Part shown: in pieces, positions 1-12,100 of the stretch | Position numbering within the stretch: position 1 is the first letter of the stretch | Layout of the letters: each line of letters starts with the position of its first letter | NCBI GenBank assembly: GCA_964276515.1 | Contig: OZ193909.1 | Coordinates: 9,424,001-9,488,000, forward strand | Length of the DNA: 64,000 nt | DNA from: Gordius albopunctatus | Taxonomy: Eukaryota | Reading direction: 5' to 3' | The notes under the pieces: generated by a model | Databases searched by the model: none | What the model saw: only the letters and a program-made list of their open reading frames with translations | Told to the model about the DNA's origin: nothing | Translations under genes and position numbers: made by a program

Positions 1-353
1 TCGCTTTCTAATCGCGTCTCTAGTTTTTATGAAACAAGCTCTATGTGATTATGATTAAAAGTTAATAATTTTTGAGGACTGATCAAAAATTATTTTTAAC
101 GAATTCACCTCTGACATCGAAAACTTTCACGAGGGCTATATGCTCTAACAAAAAAAATTGACAAAAATTTTGAGGTCGAAAAAAATATTTATTTTCATAT
201 TATTTGGAAAGGGGGATGAAAAAATGTTTAAAAGTCAGTAAATATTCTTAGCATTATGTCCTTGTTAAAATCCCGATAAGAATTTTTTCACGGGGGGAAG
301 TTTTAGATTGAGAGAAACTAAACTTTTTATGTTGCGTTTAGATTGTTTTTAAA
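1..353 (+). repeat. Representative 353-bp monomer
   Basis: Runs from TCGCTTTCTAATCG (1) to GATTGTTTTTAAA (353); the next monomer starts at 354. It contains one TGATCA (BclI) site, one GAATTC (EcoRI) site and many A/T tracts. Confidence 0.97.
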
Positions 354-1304
354 TCGCTTTCTAAGCCTGTCTTTAGTTTTTGTGAAACAAGCTCTAGGTG
401 ATCGTGATTCAAAGTTAATAATTTTTGAGGACTGATCAAAAAATTTTTTTAATGAATTCACCTCTGATATTGAAAACTTTCACGAGGGCTATATACTTTA
501 ACAAAAAAAATTGACAAAAATTTTGAGGTCGAAAAAAATATTTATTTTCATATTATTTGGAAAGGTGGCTGAAAAAATGTTTAAAAGTCAGTAAATATTC
601 TTAGCATTATGTCCTTGTTAAAATCCCGATAAGATTTTTCCACTGGGGGAAGTTTTAGATTGAGAGAAATTAAACTTTTCGTGTTGCGTTTAGATTGTTT
701 CAAGATCGCTTTCTAATTTCGTCTATAGTTTTTGTGAAACAAGCTCTATGTGATCGTGATTCAAAGTTAATAATTTTTGAGGACTGATCAAAAAAATTTT
801 TTTATGGAATTCACCTCTGATATCGAAAACTTTCATGAGGGCTATATGGTTGAACAAAAAATTTAAAAAATTTTGAGGTCGAAAAAAATATTTATTTTCA
901 TATTATTTGTAAAGGAAGCTGAAAAAATCTTTAAAAGTCAGAAAATATTCTTAGCATTATGTCCTTGTTAAAATCCCGATAAGATATTTCCACTGGGGGA
1001 AGTTTTAGATTGAGAGAAATTAAACTTTTCGTGTTGCGTTTAGATTGTTTCAAGATCGCTTTCTAATTTCGTCTATAGTTTTTGTGAAACAAGCTCTATG
1101 TGATCGTGATTCAAAGTTAATAATTTTTGAGGACTGATCAAAAAATTTTTTTAACGAATTCACCTCTGATATCGAAAACTTTCATGAGGGCTATATGGTT
1201 GAACAAAAAATTTAAAAAATTTTGAGGTCGAAAAAAATATTTATTTTCATATTCTTTCGAAAGGGGGCGGAAGAAATAATTAAAAGATAGTAAATATTCT
1301 TAGC

Positions 1305-4300
1305 ATTATGTCCTTGTTAAAATCCCGATAAGAATTTTTGCACGGGTGGAGTTTTAGATTGAGAAAAACTAAACTTTTCGTGTTGCGTTTAGATTGTTTC
1401 AAAATCGCTTTCTAATCGCGTCTCTAGTTTTTATGAAACAAGCTCTATGTGATTATGATTAAAAGTTAATAATTTTTGAGGACTGATCAAAAATTATTTT
1501 TAACGAATTCACCTCTGACATCGAAAACTTTCACGAGGGCTATATGCTCTAACAAAAAAAATTGACAAAAATTTTGAGGTCGAAAAAAATATTTATTTTC
1601 ATATTATTTGGAAAGGGGGATGAAAAAATCTTTAAAAGTCAATAAATATTCTTAGTATTATGTCCTTGTTAAAATCCCGATAAGAATTTTTGCACGGGGG
1701 GAAGTTTTAGATTGAGAGAAACTAAACTTTTTATGTTGCGTTTAGATTGTTTTTAAATCGCTTTCTAAGCCTGTCTTTAGTTTTTGTGAAACAAGCTCTA
1801 GGTGATCGTGATTCAAAGTTAATAATTTTTGAGGACTGATCAAAAATTATTTTTAACGAATTCACCTCTGACATCGAAAACTTTCACGAGGGCTATATGC
1901 TCTAACAAAAAAAATTGACAAAAATTTTGAGGTCGAAAAAAATATTTATTTTCATATTATTTGGAAAGGGGGATGAAAAAATGTTTAAAAGTCAGTAAAT
2001 ATTCTTAGCATTATGTCCTTGTTAAAATCCCGATAAGAATTTTTTCACGGGGGGAAGTTTTAGATTGAGAGAAACTAAACTTTTTATGTTGCGTTTAGAT
2101 TGTTTTTAAATCGCTTTCTAAGCCTGTCTTTAATTTTTGTGAAACAAGCTCTAGGTGATCGTGATTCAAAGTTAATAATTTTTGAGGACTGATCAAAAAA
2201 TTTTTTTAACGAATTCACCTCTGATATCGAAAACTTTCATGAGGGCTATATGGTTGAACAAAAAATTTAAAAAATTTTGAGGTCGAAAAAAATATTTATT
2301 TTCATATTATTTGTAAAGGAAGCTGAAAAAATCTTTAAAAGTCAGAAAATATTCTTAGCATTATGTCCTTGTTAAAATCCCGATAAGATTTTTCCACTGG
2401 GGGAAGTTTTAGATTGAGAGAAATTAAACTTTTCGTGTTGCGTTTAGATTGTTTCAAGATCGCTTTCTAATTTCGTCTATAGTTTTTGTGAAACAAGCTA
2501 TATGTGATCGTGATTCAAAGTTAATAATTTTTGAGGACTGATCAAAAATTTTTTTTAACGAATTCACCTCTGATATCGAAAACTTTCATGAGGGCTATAT
2601 GGTTGAACAAAAAATTTAAAAAATTTTGAGGTCGAAAAAAATATTTATTTTCATATTCTTTCGAAAGGGGGCGGAAGAAATAATTAAAAGATAGTAAATA
2701 TTCTTAGCATTATGTCCTTGTTAAAATCCCGATAAGAATTTTTGCACGGGTGGAGTTTTAGATTGAGAAAAACTAAACTTTTCGTGTTACGTTTAGATTG
2801 TTTCAAAATCGCTTTCTAATCGCGTCTCTAGTTTTTATGAAACAAGCTCTATGTGATTATGATTAAAAGTTAATAATTTTTGAGGACTGATCAAAAATTA
2901 TTTTTAACGAATTCACCTCTGACATCGAAAACTTTCACGAGGGCTATATGCTCTAACAAAAAAAATTGACAAAAATTTTGAGGTCGAAAAAAATATTTAT
3001 TTTCATATTATTTGGAAAGGGGGATGAAAAAATCTTTAAAAGTCAATAAATATTCTTAGTATTATGTCCTTGTTAAAATCCCGATAAGAATTTTTGCACG
3101 GGGGGAAGTTTTAGATTGAGAGAAACTAAACTTTTTATGTTGCGTTTAGATTGTTTTTAAATCGCTTTCTAAGCCTGTCTTTAGTTTTTGTGAAACAAGC
3201 TCTAGGTGATCGTGATTCAAAGTTAATAAATTTTGAGGACTGATCAAAAAATTTTTTTAACGAATTCACCTCTGACATCGAAAACTTTCACGAGGGCTAT
3301 ATGCTCTAACAAAAAAAATTGACAAAAATTTTGAGGTCGAAAAAAATATTTATTTTCATATTATTTGGAAAGGGGGATGAAAAAATCTTTAAAAGTCAAT
3401 AAATATTCTTAGTATTATGTCCTTGTTAAAATCCCGATAAGAATTTTTGCACGGGTGGAGTTTTAGATTGAGAAAAACTAAACTTTTCGTGTTGCGTTTA
3501 GATTGTTTCAAAATCGCTTTCTAATCGCGTCTCTAGTTTTTATGAAACAAGCTCTATGTGATTATGATTAAAAGTTAATAATTTTTGAGGACTGATCAAA
3601 AATTATTTTTAACGAATTCACCTCTGACATCGAAAACTTTCACGAGGGCTATATGCTCTAACAAAAAAAATTGACAAAAATTTTGAGGTCGAAAAAAATA
3701 TTTATTTTCATATTATTTGGAAAGGGGGATGAAAAAATCTTTAAAAGTCAATAAATATTCTTAGTATTATGTCCTTGTTAAAATCCCGATAAGAATTTTT
3801 GCACGGGGGGAAGTTTTAGATTGAGAGAAACTAAACTTTTTATGTTGCGTTTAGATTGTTTTTAAATCGCTTTCTAAGCCTGTCTTTAGTTTTTGTGAAA
3901 CAAGCTCTAGGTGATCGTGATTCAAAGTTAATAATTTTTGAGGACTGATCAAAAATTATTTTTAACGAATTCACCTCTGACATCGAAAACTTTCACGAGG
4001 GCTATATGCTCTAACAAAAAAAATTGACAAAAATTTTGAGGTCGAAAAAAATATTTATTTTCATATTATTTGGAAAGGGGGATGAAAAAATGTTTAAAAG
4101 TCAGTAAATATTCTTAGCATTATGTCCTTGTTAAAATCCCGATAAGAATTTTTTCACGGGGGGAAGTTTTAGATTGAGAGAAACTAAACTTTTTATGTTG
4201 CGTTTAGATTGTTTTTAAATCGCTTTCTAAGCCTGTCTTTAATTTTTGTGAAACAAGCTCTAGGTGATCGTGATTCAAAGTTAATAATTTTTGAGGACTG

Positions 4301-6890
4301 ATCAAAAAATTTTTTTAACGAATTCACCTCTGATATCGAAAACTTTCATGAGGGCTATATGGTTGAACAAAAAATTTAAAAAATTTTGAGGTCGAAAAAA
4401 ATATTTATTTTCATATTATTTGTAAAGGAAGCTGAAAAAATCTTTAAAAGTCAGAAAATATTCTTAGCATTATGTCCTTGTTAAAATCCCGATAAGATTT
4501 TTCCACTGGGGGAAGTTTTAGATTGAGAGAAATTAAACTTTTCGTGTTGCGTTTAGATTGTTTCAAGATCGCTTTCTAATTTCGTCTATAGTTTTTGTGA
4601 AACAAGCTATATGTGATCGTGATTCAAAGTTAATAATTTTTGAGGACTGATCAAAAATTTTTTTTAACGAATTCACCTCTGATATCGAAAACTTTCATGA
4701 GGGCTATATGGTTGAACAAAAAATTTAAAAAATTTTGAGGTCGAAAAAAATATTTATTTTCATATTCTTTCGAAAGGGGGCGGAAGAAATAATTAAAAGA
4801 TAGTAAATATTCTTAGCATTATGTCCTTGTTAAAATCCCGATAAGAATTTTTGCACGGGTGGAGTTTTAGATTGAGAAAAACTAAACTTTTCGTGTTACG
4901 TTTAGATTGTTTCAAAATCGCTTTCTAATCGCGTCTCTAGTTTTTATGAAACAAGCTCTATGTGATTATGATTAAAAGTTAATAATTTTTGAGGACTGAT
5001 CAAAAATTATTTTTAACGAATTCACCTCTGACATCGAAAACTTTCACGAGGGCTATATGCTCTAACAAAAAAAATTGACAAAAATTTTGAGGTCGAAAAA
5101 AATATTTATTTTCATATTATTTGGAAAGGGGGATGAAAAAATCTTTAAAAGTCAATAAATATTCTTAGTATTATGTCCTTGTTAAAATCCCGATAAGAAT
5201 TTTTGCACGGGGGGAAGTTTTAGATTGAGAGAAACTAAACTTTTTATGTTGCGTTTAGATTGTTTTTAAATCGCTTTCTAAGCCTGTCTTTAGTTTTTGT
5301 GAAACAAGCTCTAGGTGATCGTGATTCAAAGTTAATAAATTTTGAGGACTGATCAAAAAATTTTTTTAACGAATTCACCTCTGACATCGAAAACTTTCAC
5401 GAGGGCTATATGCTCTAACAAAAAAAATTGACAAAAATTTTGAGGTCGAAAAAAATATTTATTTTCATATTATTTGGAAAGGGGGATGAAAAAATCTTTA
5501 AAAGTCAATAAATATTCTTAGTATTATGTCCTTGTTAAAATCCCGATAAGAATTTTTGCACGGGTGGAGTTTTAGATTGAGAAAAACTAAACTTTTCGTG
5601 TTGCGTTTAGATTGTTTCAAAATCGCTTTCTAATCGCGTCTCTAGTTTTTATGAAACAAGCTCTATGTGATTATGATTAAGAGTTAATAATTTTTGAGGA
5701 CTGATCAAAAATTATTTTTAACGAATTCACCTCTGACATCGAAAACTTTCACGAGGGCTATATGCTCTAACAAAAAAAATTGACAAAAATTTTGAGGTCG
5801 AAAAAAATATTTATTTTCATATTATTTGGAAAGGGGGATGAAAAAATCTTTAAAAGTCAATAAATATTCTTAGTATTATGTCCTTGTTAAAATCCCGATA
5901 AGAATTTTTGCACGGGGGGAAGTTTTAGATTGAGAGAAACTAAACTTTTTATGTTGCGTTTAGATTGTTTTTAAATCGCTTTCTAAGCCTGTCTTTAGTT
6001 TTTGTGAAACAAGCTCTAGGTGATCGTGATTCAAAGTTAATAATTTTTGAGGACTGATCAAAAATTATTTTTAACGAATTCACCTCTGACATCGAAAACT
6101 TTCACGAGGGCTATATGCTCTAACAAAAAAAATTGACAAAAATTTTGAGGTCGAAAAAAATATTTATTTTCATATTATTTGGAAAGGGGGATGAAAAAAT
6201 GTTTAAAAGTCAGTAAATATTCTTAGCATTATGTCCTTGTTAAAATCCCGATAAGAATTTTTTCACGGGGGGAAGTTTTAGATTGAGAGAAACTAAACTT
6301 TTTATGTTGCGTTTAGATTGTTTTTAAATCGCTTTCTAAGCCTGTCTTTAATTTTTGTGAAACAAGCTCTAGGTGATCGTGATTCAAAGTTAATAATTTT
6401 TGAGGACTGATCAAAAAATTTTTTTAACGAATTCACCTCTGATATCGAAAACTTTCATGAGGGCTATATGGTTGAACAAAAAATTTAAAAAATTTTGAGG
6501 TCGAAAAAAATATTTATTTTCATATTATTTGTAAAGGAAGCTGAAAAAATCTTTAAAAGTCAGAAAATATTCTTAGCATTATGTCCTTGTTAAAATCCCG
6601 ATAAGATTTTTCCACTGGGGGAAGTTTTAGATTGAGAGAAATTAAACTTTTCGTGTTGCGTTTAGATTGTTTCAAGATCGCTTTCTAATTTCGTCTATAG
6701 TTTTTGTGAAACAAGCTATATGTGATCGTGATTCAAAGTTAATAATTTTTGAGGACTGATCAAAAATTTTTTTTAACGAATTCACCTCTGATATCGAAAA
6801 CTTTCATGAGGGCTATATGGTTGAACAAAAAATTTAAAAAATTTTGAGGTCGAAAAAAATATTTATTTTCATATTCTTTCGAAAGGGGGC
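1305..6890 (+). repeat. 6-monomer higher-order repeat, period 2109 bp, about 2.6 tandem copies
   Basis: The private variant GTCTTTAATTTTTG sits at 2133, 4242 and 6351, and GTGTTACG at about 2789 and 4898. Matching monomer starts are at 1405, 3514 and 5623. All spacings are 2109. Confidence 0.9.
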
Positions 6891-9102
6891 TGAAGAAATA
6901 ATTAAAAGATAGTAAATATTCTTAGCATTATGTCCTTGTTAAAATCCCGATAAGATTTTTCCACTGGGGGAAATTTTAGATTGAGAGAAATTAAACTTTT
7001 CGTGTTGCGTTTAGATTGTTTCAAGATCGCTTTCTAATTTCGCCTATAGTTTTTGTGAAACAAGCTATATGTGATCGTGATTCAAAGTTAATAATTTTTG
7101 AGGACTGATCAAAATTTTTTTTTAACGAATTCACCTCTGACATCGAAAACTTTCACGAGGGCTATATGCTCTAACAAAAAAAATTGACAAAAATTTTGAG
7201 GTCGAAAAAAATATTTATTTTCATATTATTTGGAAAGGGGGATGAAAAAATCTTTAAAAGTCAATAAATATTCTTAGTATTATGTCCTTGTTAAAATCCC
7301 GATAAGAATTTTTGCACGGGGGGAAGTTTTAGATTGAGAGAAACTAAACTTTTTATGTTGCGTTTAGATTGTTTTTAAATCGCTTTCTAAGCCTGTCTTT
7401 AGTTTTTGTGAAACAAGCTCTAGGTGATCGTGATTCAAAGTTAATAATTTTTGAGGACTGATCAAAAAATTTTTTTAACGAATTCACCTCTGATATCGAA
7501 AACTTTCATGACGGCTATATGGTTGAACAAAAAATTTATAAAATTTTGAGGTCGAAAAAAATATTTATTTTCATATTCTTTCGAAAGGGGGCTGAAGAAA
7601 TAATTAAAAGATAGTAAATATTCTTAGCATTATGTCCTTGTTAAAATCCCGATAAGAATTTTTGCACGGGGGGAAGTTTTAGATTGAGAGAAACTAAACT
7701 TTTTATGTTGCGTTTAGATTGTTTTTAAATCGCTTTCTAAGCCTGTCTTTAGTTTGTGTGAAACAAGCTCTAGGTGATCGTGATTCAAAGTTAATAATTT
7801 TTGAGGACTGATCAAAAAATTTTTTTAACGAATTCACCTCTGATATTGAAAACTTTCACGAGGGCTATATACTTTAACAAAAAAAATTGACAAAAATTTT
7901 GAGGTCGAAAAAAATATTTATTTTCATATTATTTGGAAAGGTGGCTGAAAAAATGTTTAAAAGTCAGTAAATATTCTTAGCATTATGTCCTTGTTAAAAT
8001 CCCGATAAGAATTTTTTCACGGGGGGAAGTTTTAGATTGAGAGAAACTAAACTTTTTATGTTGCGTTTAGATTGTTTCAAAATCGCTTTCTAATCGCGTC
8101 TCTAGTTTTTGTGAAACAAGCTCTAGGTGATCGTGATTCAAAGTTAATAATTTTTGAGGACTGATCAAAAAATTTTTTTAACGAATTCACCTCTGATATC
8201 GAAAACTTTCATGAGGGCTATATGGTTGAACAAAAAATTTAAAAAATTTTGAGGTCGAAAAAAATATTTATTTTCATATTCTTTCGAAAGGGGGCTGAAG
8301 AAATAATTAAAAGATAGTAAATATTCTTAGCATTATGTCCTTGTTAAAATCCCGATAAGAATTTTTGCACGGGGGGAAGTTTTAGATTGAGAGAAACTAA
8401 ACTTTTTATGTTGCGTTTAGATTGTTTTTAAATCGCTTTCTAAGCCTGTCTTTAGTTTTTGTGAAACAAGCTCTAGGTGATCGTGATTCAAAGTTAATAA
8501 TTTTTGAGGACTGATCAAAAAATTTTTTTAACGAATTCACCTCTGACATCGAAAACTTACACGAGGGCTATATGCTCTAACAAAAAAAATTGACAAAAAT
8601 TTTGAGGTCGAAAAAAATATTTATTTTCATATTATTTGGAAAGGGGGATGAAAAAATGTTTAAAAGTCAGTAAATATTCTAAGCATTATGTCCTTGTTAA
8701 AATCCCGATAAGAATTTTTTCACGGGGGGAAGTTTTAGATTGAGAGAAACTAAACTTTTTATGTTGCGTTTAGATTGTTTCAAAATCGCTTTCTAAGCCT
8801 GTCTTTAGTTTTTGTGAAACAAGCTCTAGGTGATCGTGATTCAAAGTTAATAATTTTTGAGGACTGATCAAAAAATTTTTTTAATGAATTCACCTCTGAT
8901 ATTGAAAACTTTCACGAGGGCTATATACTTTAACAAAAAAAATTGACAAAAATTTTGAGGTCGAAAAAAATATTTATTTTCATATTATTTGTAAAGGAAG
9001 CTGAAAAAATCTTTAAAAGTCAGAAAATATTCTTAGAATTATGTCCTTGTTAAAATCCCGATAAGATTTTTCCACTGGGGGAAGTTTTAGATTGAGAGAA
9101 AT

Positions 9103-12100
9103 TAAACTTTTCGTGTTGCGTTTAGATTGTTTCAAGATCGCTTTCTAATTTCGTCTATAGTTTTTGTGAAACAAGCTCTATGTGATCGTGATTCAAAGTT
9201 AATAATTTTTGAGGACTGATCAAAAAATTTTTTTATGGAATTCACCTCTGATATCGAAAACTTTCATGAGGGCTATATGGTTGAACAAAAAATTTAAAAA
9301 ATTTTGAGGTCGAAAAAAATATTTATTTTCATATTATTTGTAAAGGAAGCTGAAAAAATCTTTAAAAGTCAGAAAATATTCTTAGCATTATGTCCTTGTT
9401 AAAATCCCGATAAGATTTTTCCACTGGGGGAAGTTTTAGATTGAGAGAAATTAAACTTTTCGTGTTGCGTTTAGATTGTTTCAAGATCGCTTTCTAATTT
9501 CGTCTATAGTTTTTGTGAAACAAGCTCTATGTGATCGTGATTCAAAGTTAATAATTTTTGAGGACTGATCAAAAAATTTTTTTAACGAATTCACCTCTGA
9601 TATCGAAAACTTTCAAGAGGGCTATATGGTTGAACAAAAAATTTAAAAAATTTTGAGGTCGAAAAAAATATTTATTTTCATATTCTTTCGAAAGGGGGCG
9701 GAAGAAATAATTAAAAGATAGTAAATATTCTTAGCATTATGTCCTTGTTAAAATCCCGATAAGAATTTTTGCACGGGTGGAGTTTTAGATTGAGAAAAAC
9801 TAAACTTTTCGTGTTGCGTTTAGATTGTTTCAAAATCGCTTTCTAATCGCGTCTCTAGTTTTTATGAAACAAGCTCTATGTGATTATGATTAAAAGTTAA
9901 TAATTTTTGAGGACTGATCAAAAATTATTTTTAACGAATTCACCTCTGACATCGAAAACTTTCACGAGGGCTATATGCTCTAACAAAAAAAATTGACAAA
10001 AATTTTGAGGTCGAAAAAAATATTTATTTTCATATTATTTGGAAAGGGGGATGAAAAAATGTTTAAAAGTCAGTAAATATTCTTAGCATTATGTCCTTGT
10101 TAAAATCCCGATAAGAATTTTTTCACGGGGGGAAGTTTTAGATTGAGAGAAACTAAACTTTTTATGTTGCGTTTAGATTGTTTTTAAATCGCTTTCTAAG
10201 CCTGTCTTTAGTTTTTGTGAAACAAGCTCTAGGTGATCGTGATTCAAAGTTAATAATTTTTGAGGACTGATCAAAAAATTTTTTTAATGAATTCACCTCT
10301 GATATTGAAAACTTTCACGAGGGCTATATACTTTAACAAAAAAAATTGACAAAAATTTTGAGGTCGAAAAAAATATTTATTTTCATATTATTTGGAAAGG
10401 TGGCTGAAAAAATGTTTAAAAGTCAGTAAATATTCTTAGCATTATGTCCTTGTTAAAATCCCGATAAGAATTTTTTCACGGGGGGAAGTTTTAGATTGAG
10501 AGAAACTAAACTTTTTATGTTGCGTTTAGATTGTTTCAAAATCGCTTTCTAAGCCTGTCTTTAGTTTTTGTGAAACAAGCTCTAGGTGATCGTGATTCAA
10601 AGTTAATAATTTTTGAGGACTGATCAAAAAATTTTTTTAACGAATTCACCTCTGATATCGAAAACTTTCATGAGGGCTATATGGTTGAACAAAAAATTTA
10701 AAAAATTTTGAGGTCGAAAAAAATATTTATTTTCATATTATTTGTAAAGGAAGCTGAAAAAATCTTTAAAAGTCAGAAAATATTCTTAGCATTATGTCCT
10801 TGTTAAAATCCCGATAAGATTTTTCCACTGGGGGAAGTTTTAGATTGAGAGAAATTAAACTTTTCGTGTTGCGTTTAGATTGTTTCAAGATCGCTTTCTA
10901 ATTTCGTCTATAGTTTTTGTGAAACAAGCTCTATGTGATCGTGATTCAAAGTTAATAATTTTTGAGGACTGATCAAAAAATTTTTTTATGGAATTCACCT
11001 CTGATATCGAAAACTTTCATGAGGGCTATATGGTTGAACAAAAAATTTAAAAAATTTTGAGGTCGAAAAAAATATTTATTTTCATATTATTTGTAAAGGA
11101 AGCTGAAAAAATCTTTAAAAGTCAGAAAATATTCTTAGCATTATGTCCTTGTTAAAATCCCGATAAGATATTTCCACTGGGGGAAGTTTTAGATTGAGAG
11201 AAATTAAACTTTTCGTGTTGCGTTTAGATTGTTTCAAGATCGCTTTCTAATTTCGTCTATAGTTTTTGTGAAACAAGCTCTATGTGATCGTGATTCAAAG
11301 TTAATAATTTTTGAGGACTGATCAAAAAATTTTTTTAACGAATTCACCTCTGATATCGAAAACTTTCATGAGGGCTATATGGTTGAACAAAAAATTTAAA
11401 AAATTTTGAGGTCGAAAAAAATATTTATTTTCATATTCTTTCGAAAGGGGGCAAAAGAAATAATTAAAAGATAGTAAATATTCTTAGCATTATGTCCTTG
11501 TTAAAATCCCGATAAGAATTTTTGCACGGGTGGAGTTTTAGATTGAGAAAAACAAAACTTTTCGTGTTGCGTTTAGATTGTTTCAAAATCGCTTTCTAAT
11601 CGCGTCTCTAGTTTTTATGAAACAAGCTCTATGTGATTATGATTAAAAGTTAATAATTTTTGAGGACTGATCAAAAAATTTTTTTAACGAATTCACCTCT
11701 GATATCGAAAACTTTCATGAGGGCTATATGGTTGAACAAAAAATTTAAAAAATTTTGAGGTCGAAAAAAATATTTATTTTCATATTCTTTCGAAAGGGGG
11801 CGGAAGAAATAATTAAAAGATAGTAAATATTCTTAGCATTATGTCCTTGTTAAAATTCCGATAAGAATTTTTGCACGGGTGGAGTTTTAGATTGAGAAAA
11901 ACTAAACTTTTCGTGTTGCGTTTAGATTGTTTCAAGATCGCTTTCTAATTTCGTCTATAGTTTTTGTGAAACAAGCTCTATGTGATCGTGATTCAAAGTT
12001 AATAATTTTTGAGGACTGATCAAAAAATTTTTTTATGGAATTCACCTCTGATATCGAAAACTTTCATGAGGGCTATATGGTTGAACAAAAAATTTAAAAA

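Noticed and set aside
271..287. Possible CENP-B box around TCCCGATAAGAA
   Set aside because: The reverse strand gives only CGGG of the nTTCGnnnnAnnCGGGn core; TTCG and the central A are missing.
210..300. G-quadruplex from G runs
   Set aside because: There are at most three G runs per monomer, separated by about 75 bp, which is not a canonical G4 pattern.
1..353. Monomer as a dimer of two ~176-bp units
   Set aside because: I could not align the two halves by eye. Internal matches fall at offsets of 35, 98 and 161 bp, not about 176.
1..353. Assignment to a known 350-360-bp satellite, such as Drosophila 1.688
   Set aside because: Only length and AT richness are similar. I do not recognise sequence identity, and a database search is needed.
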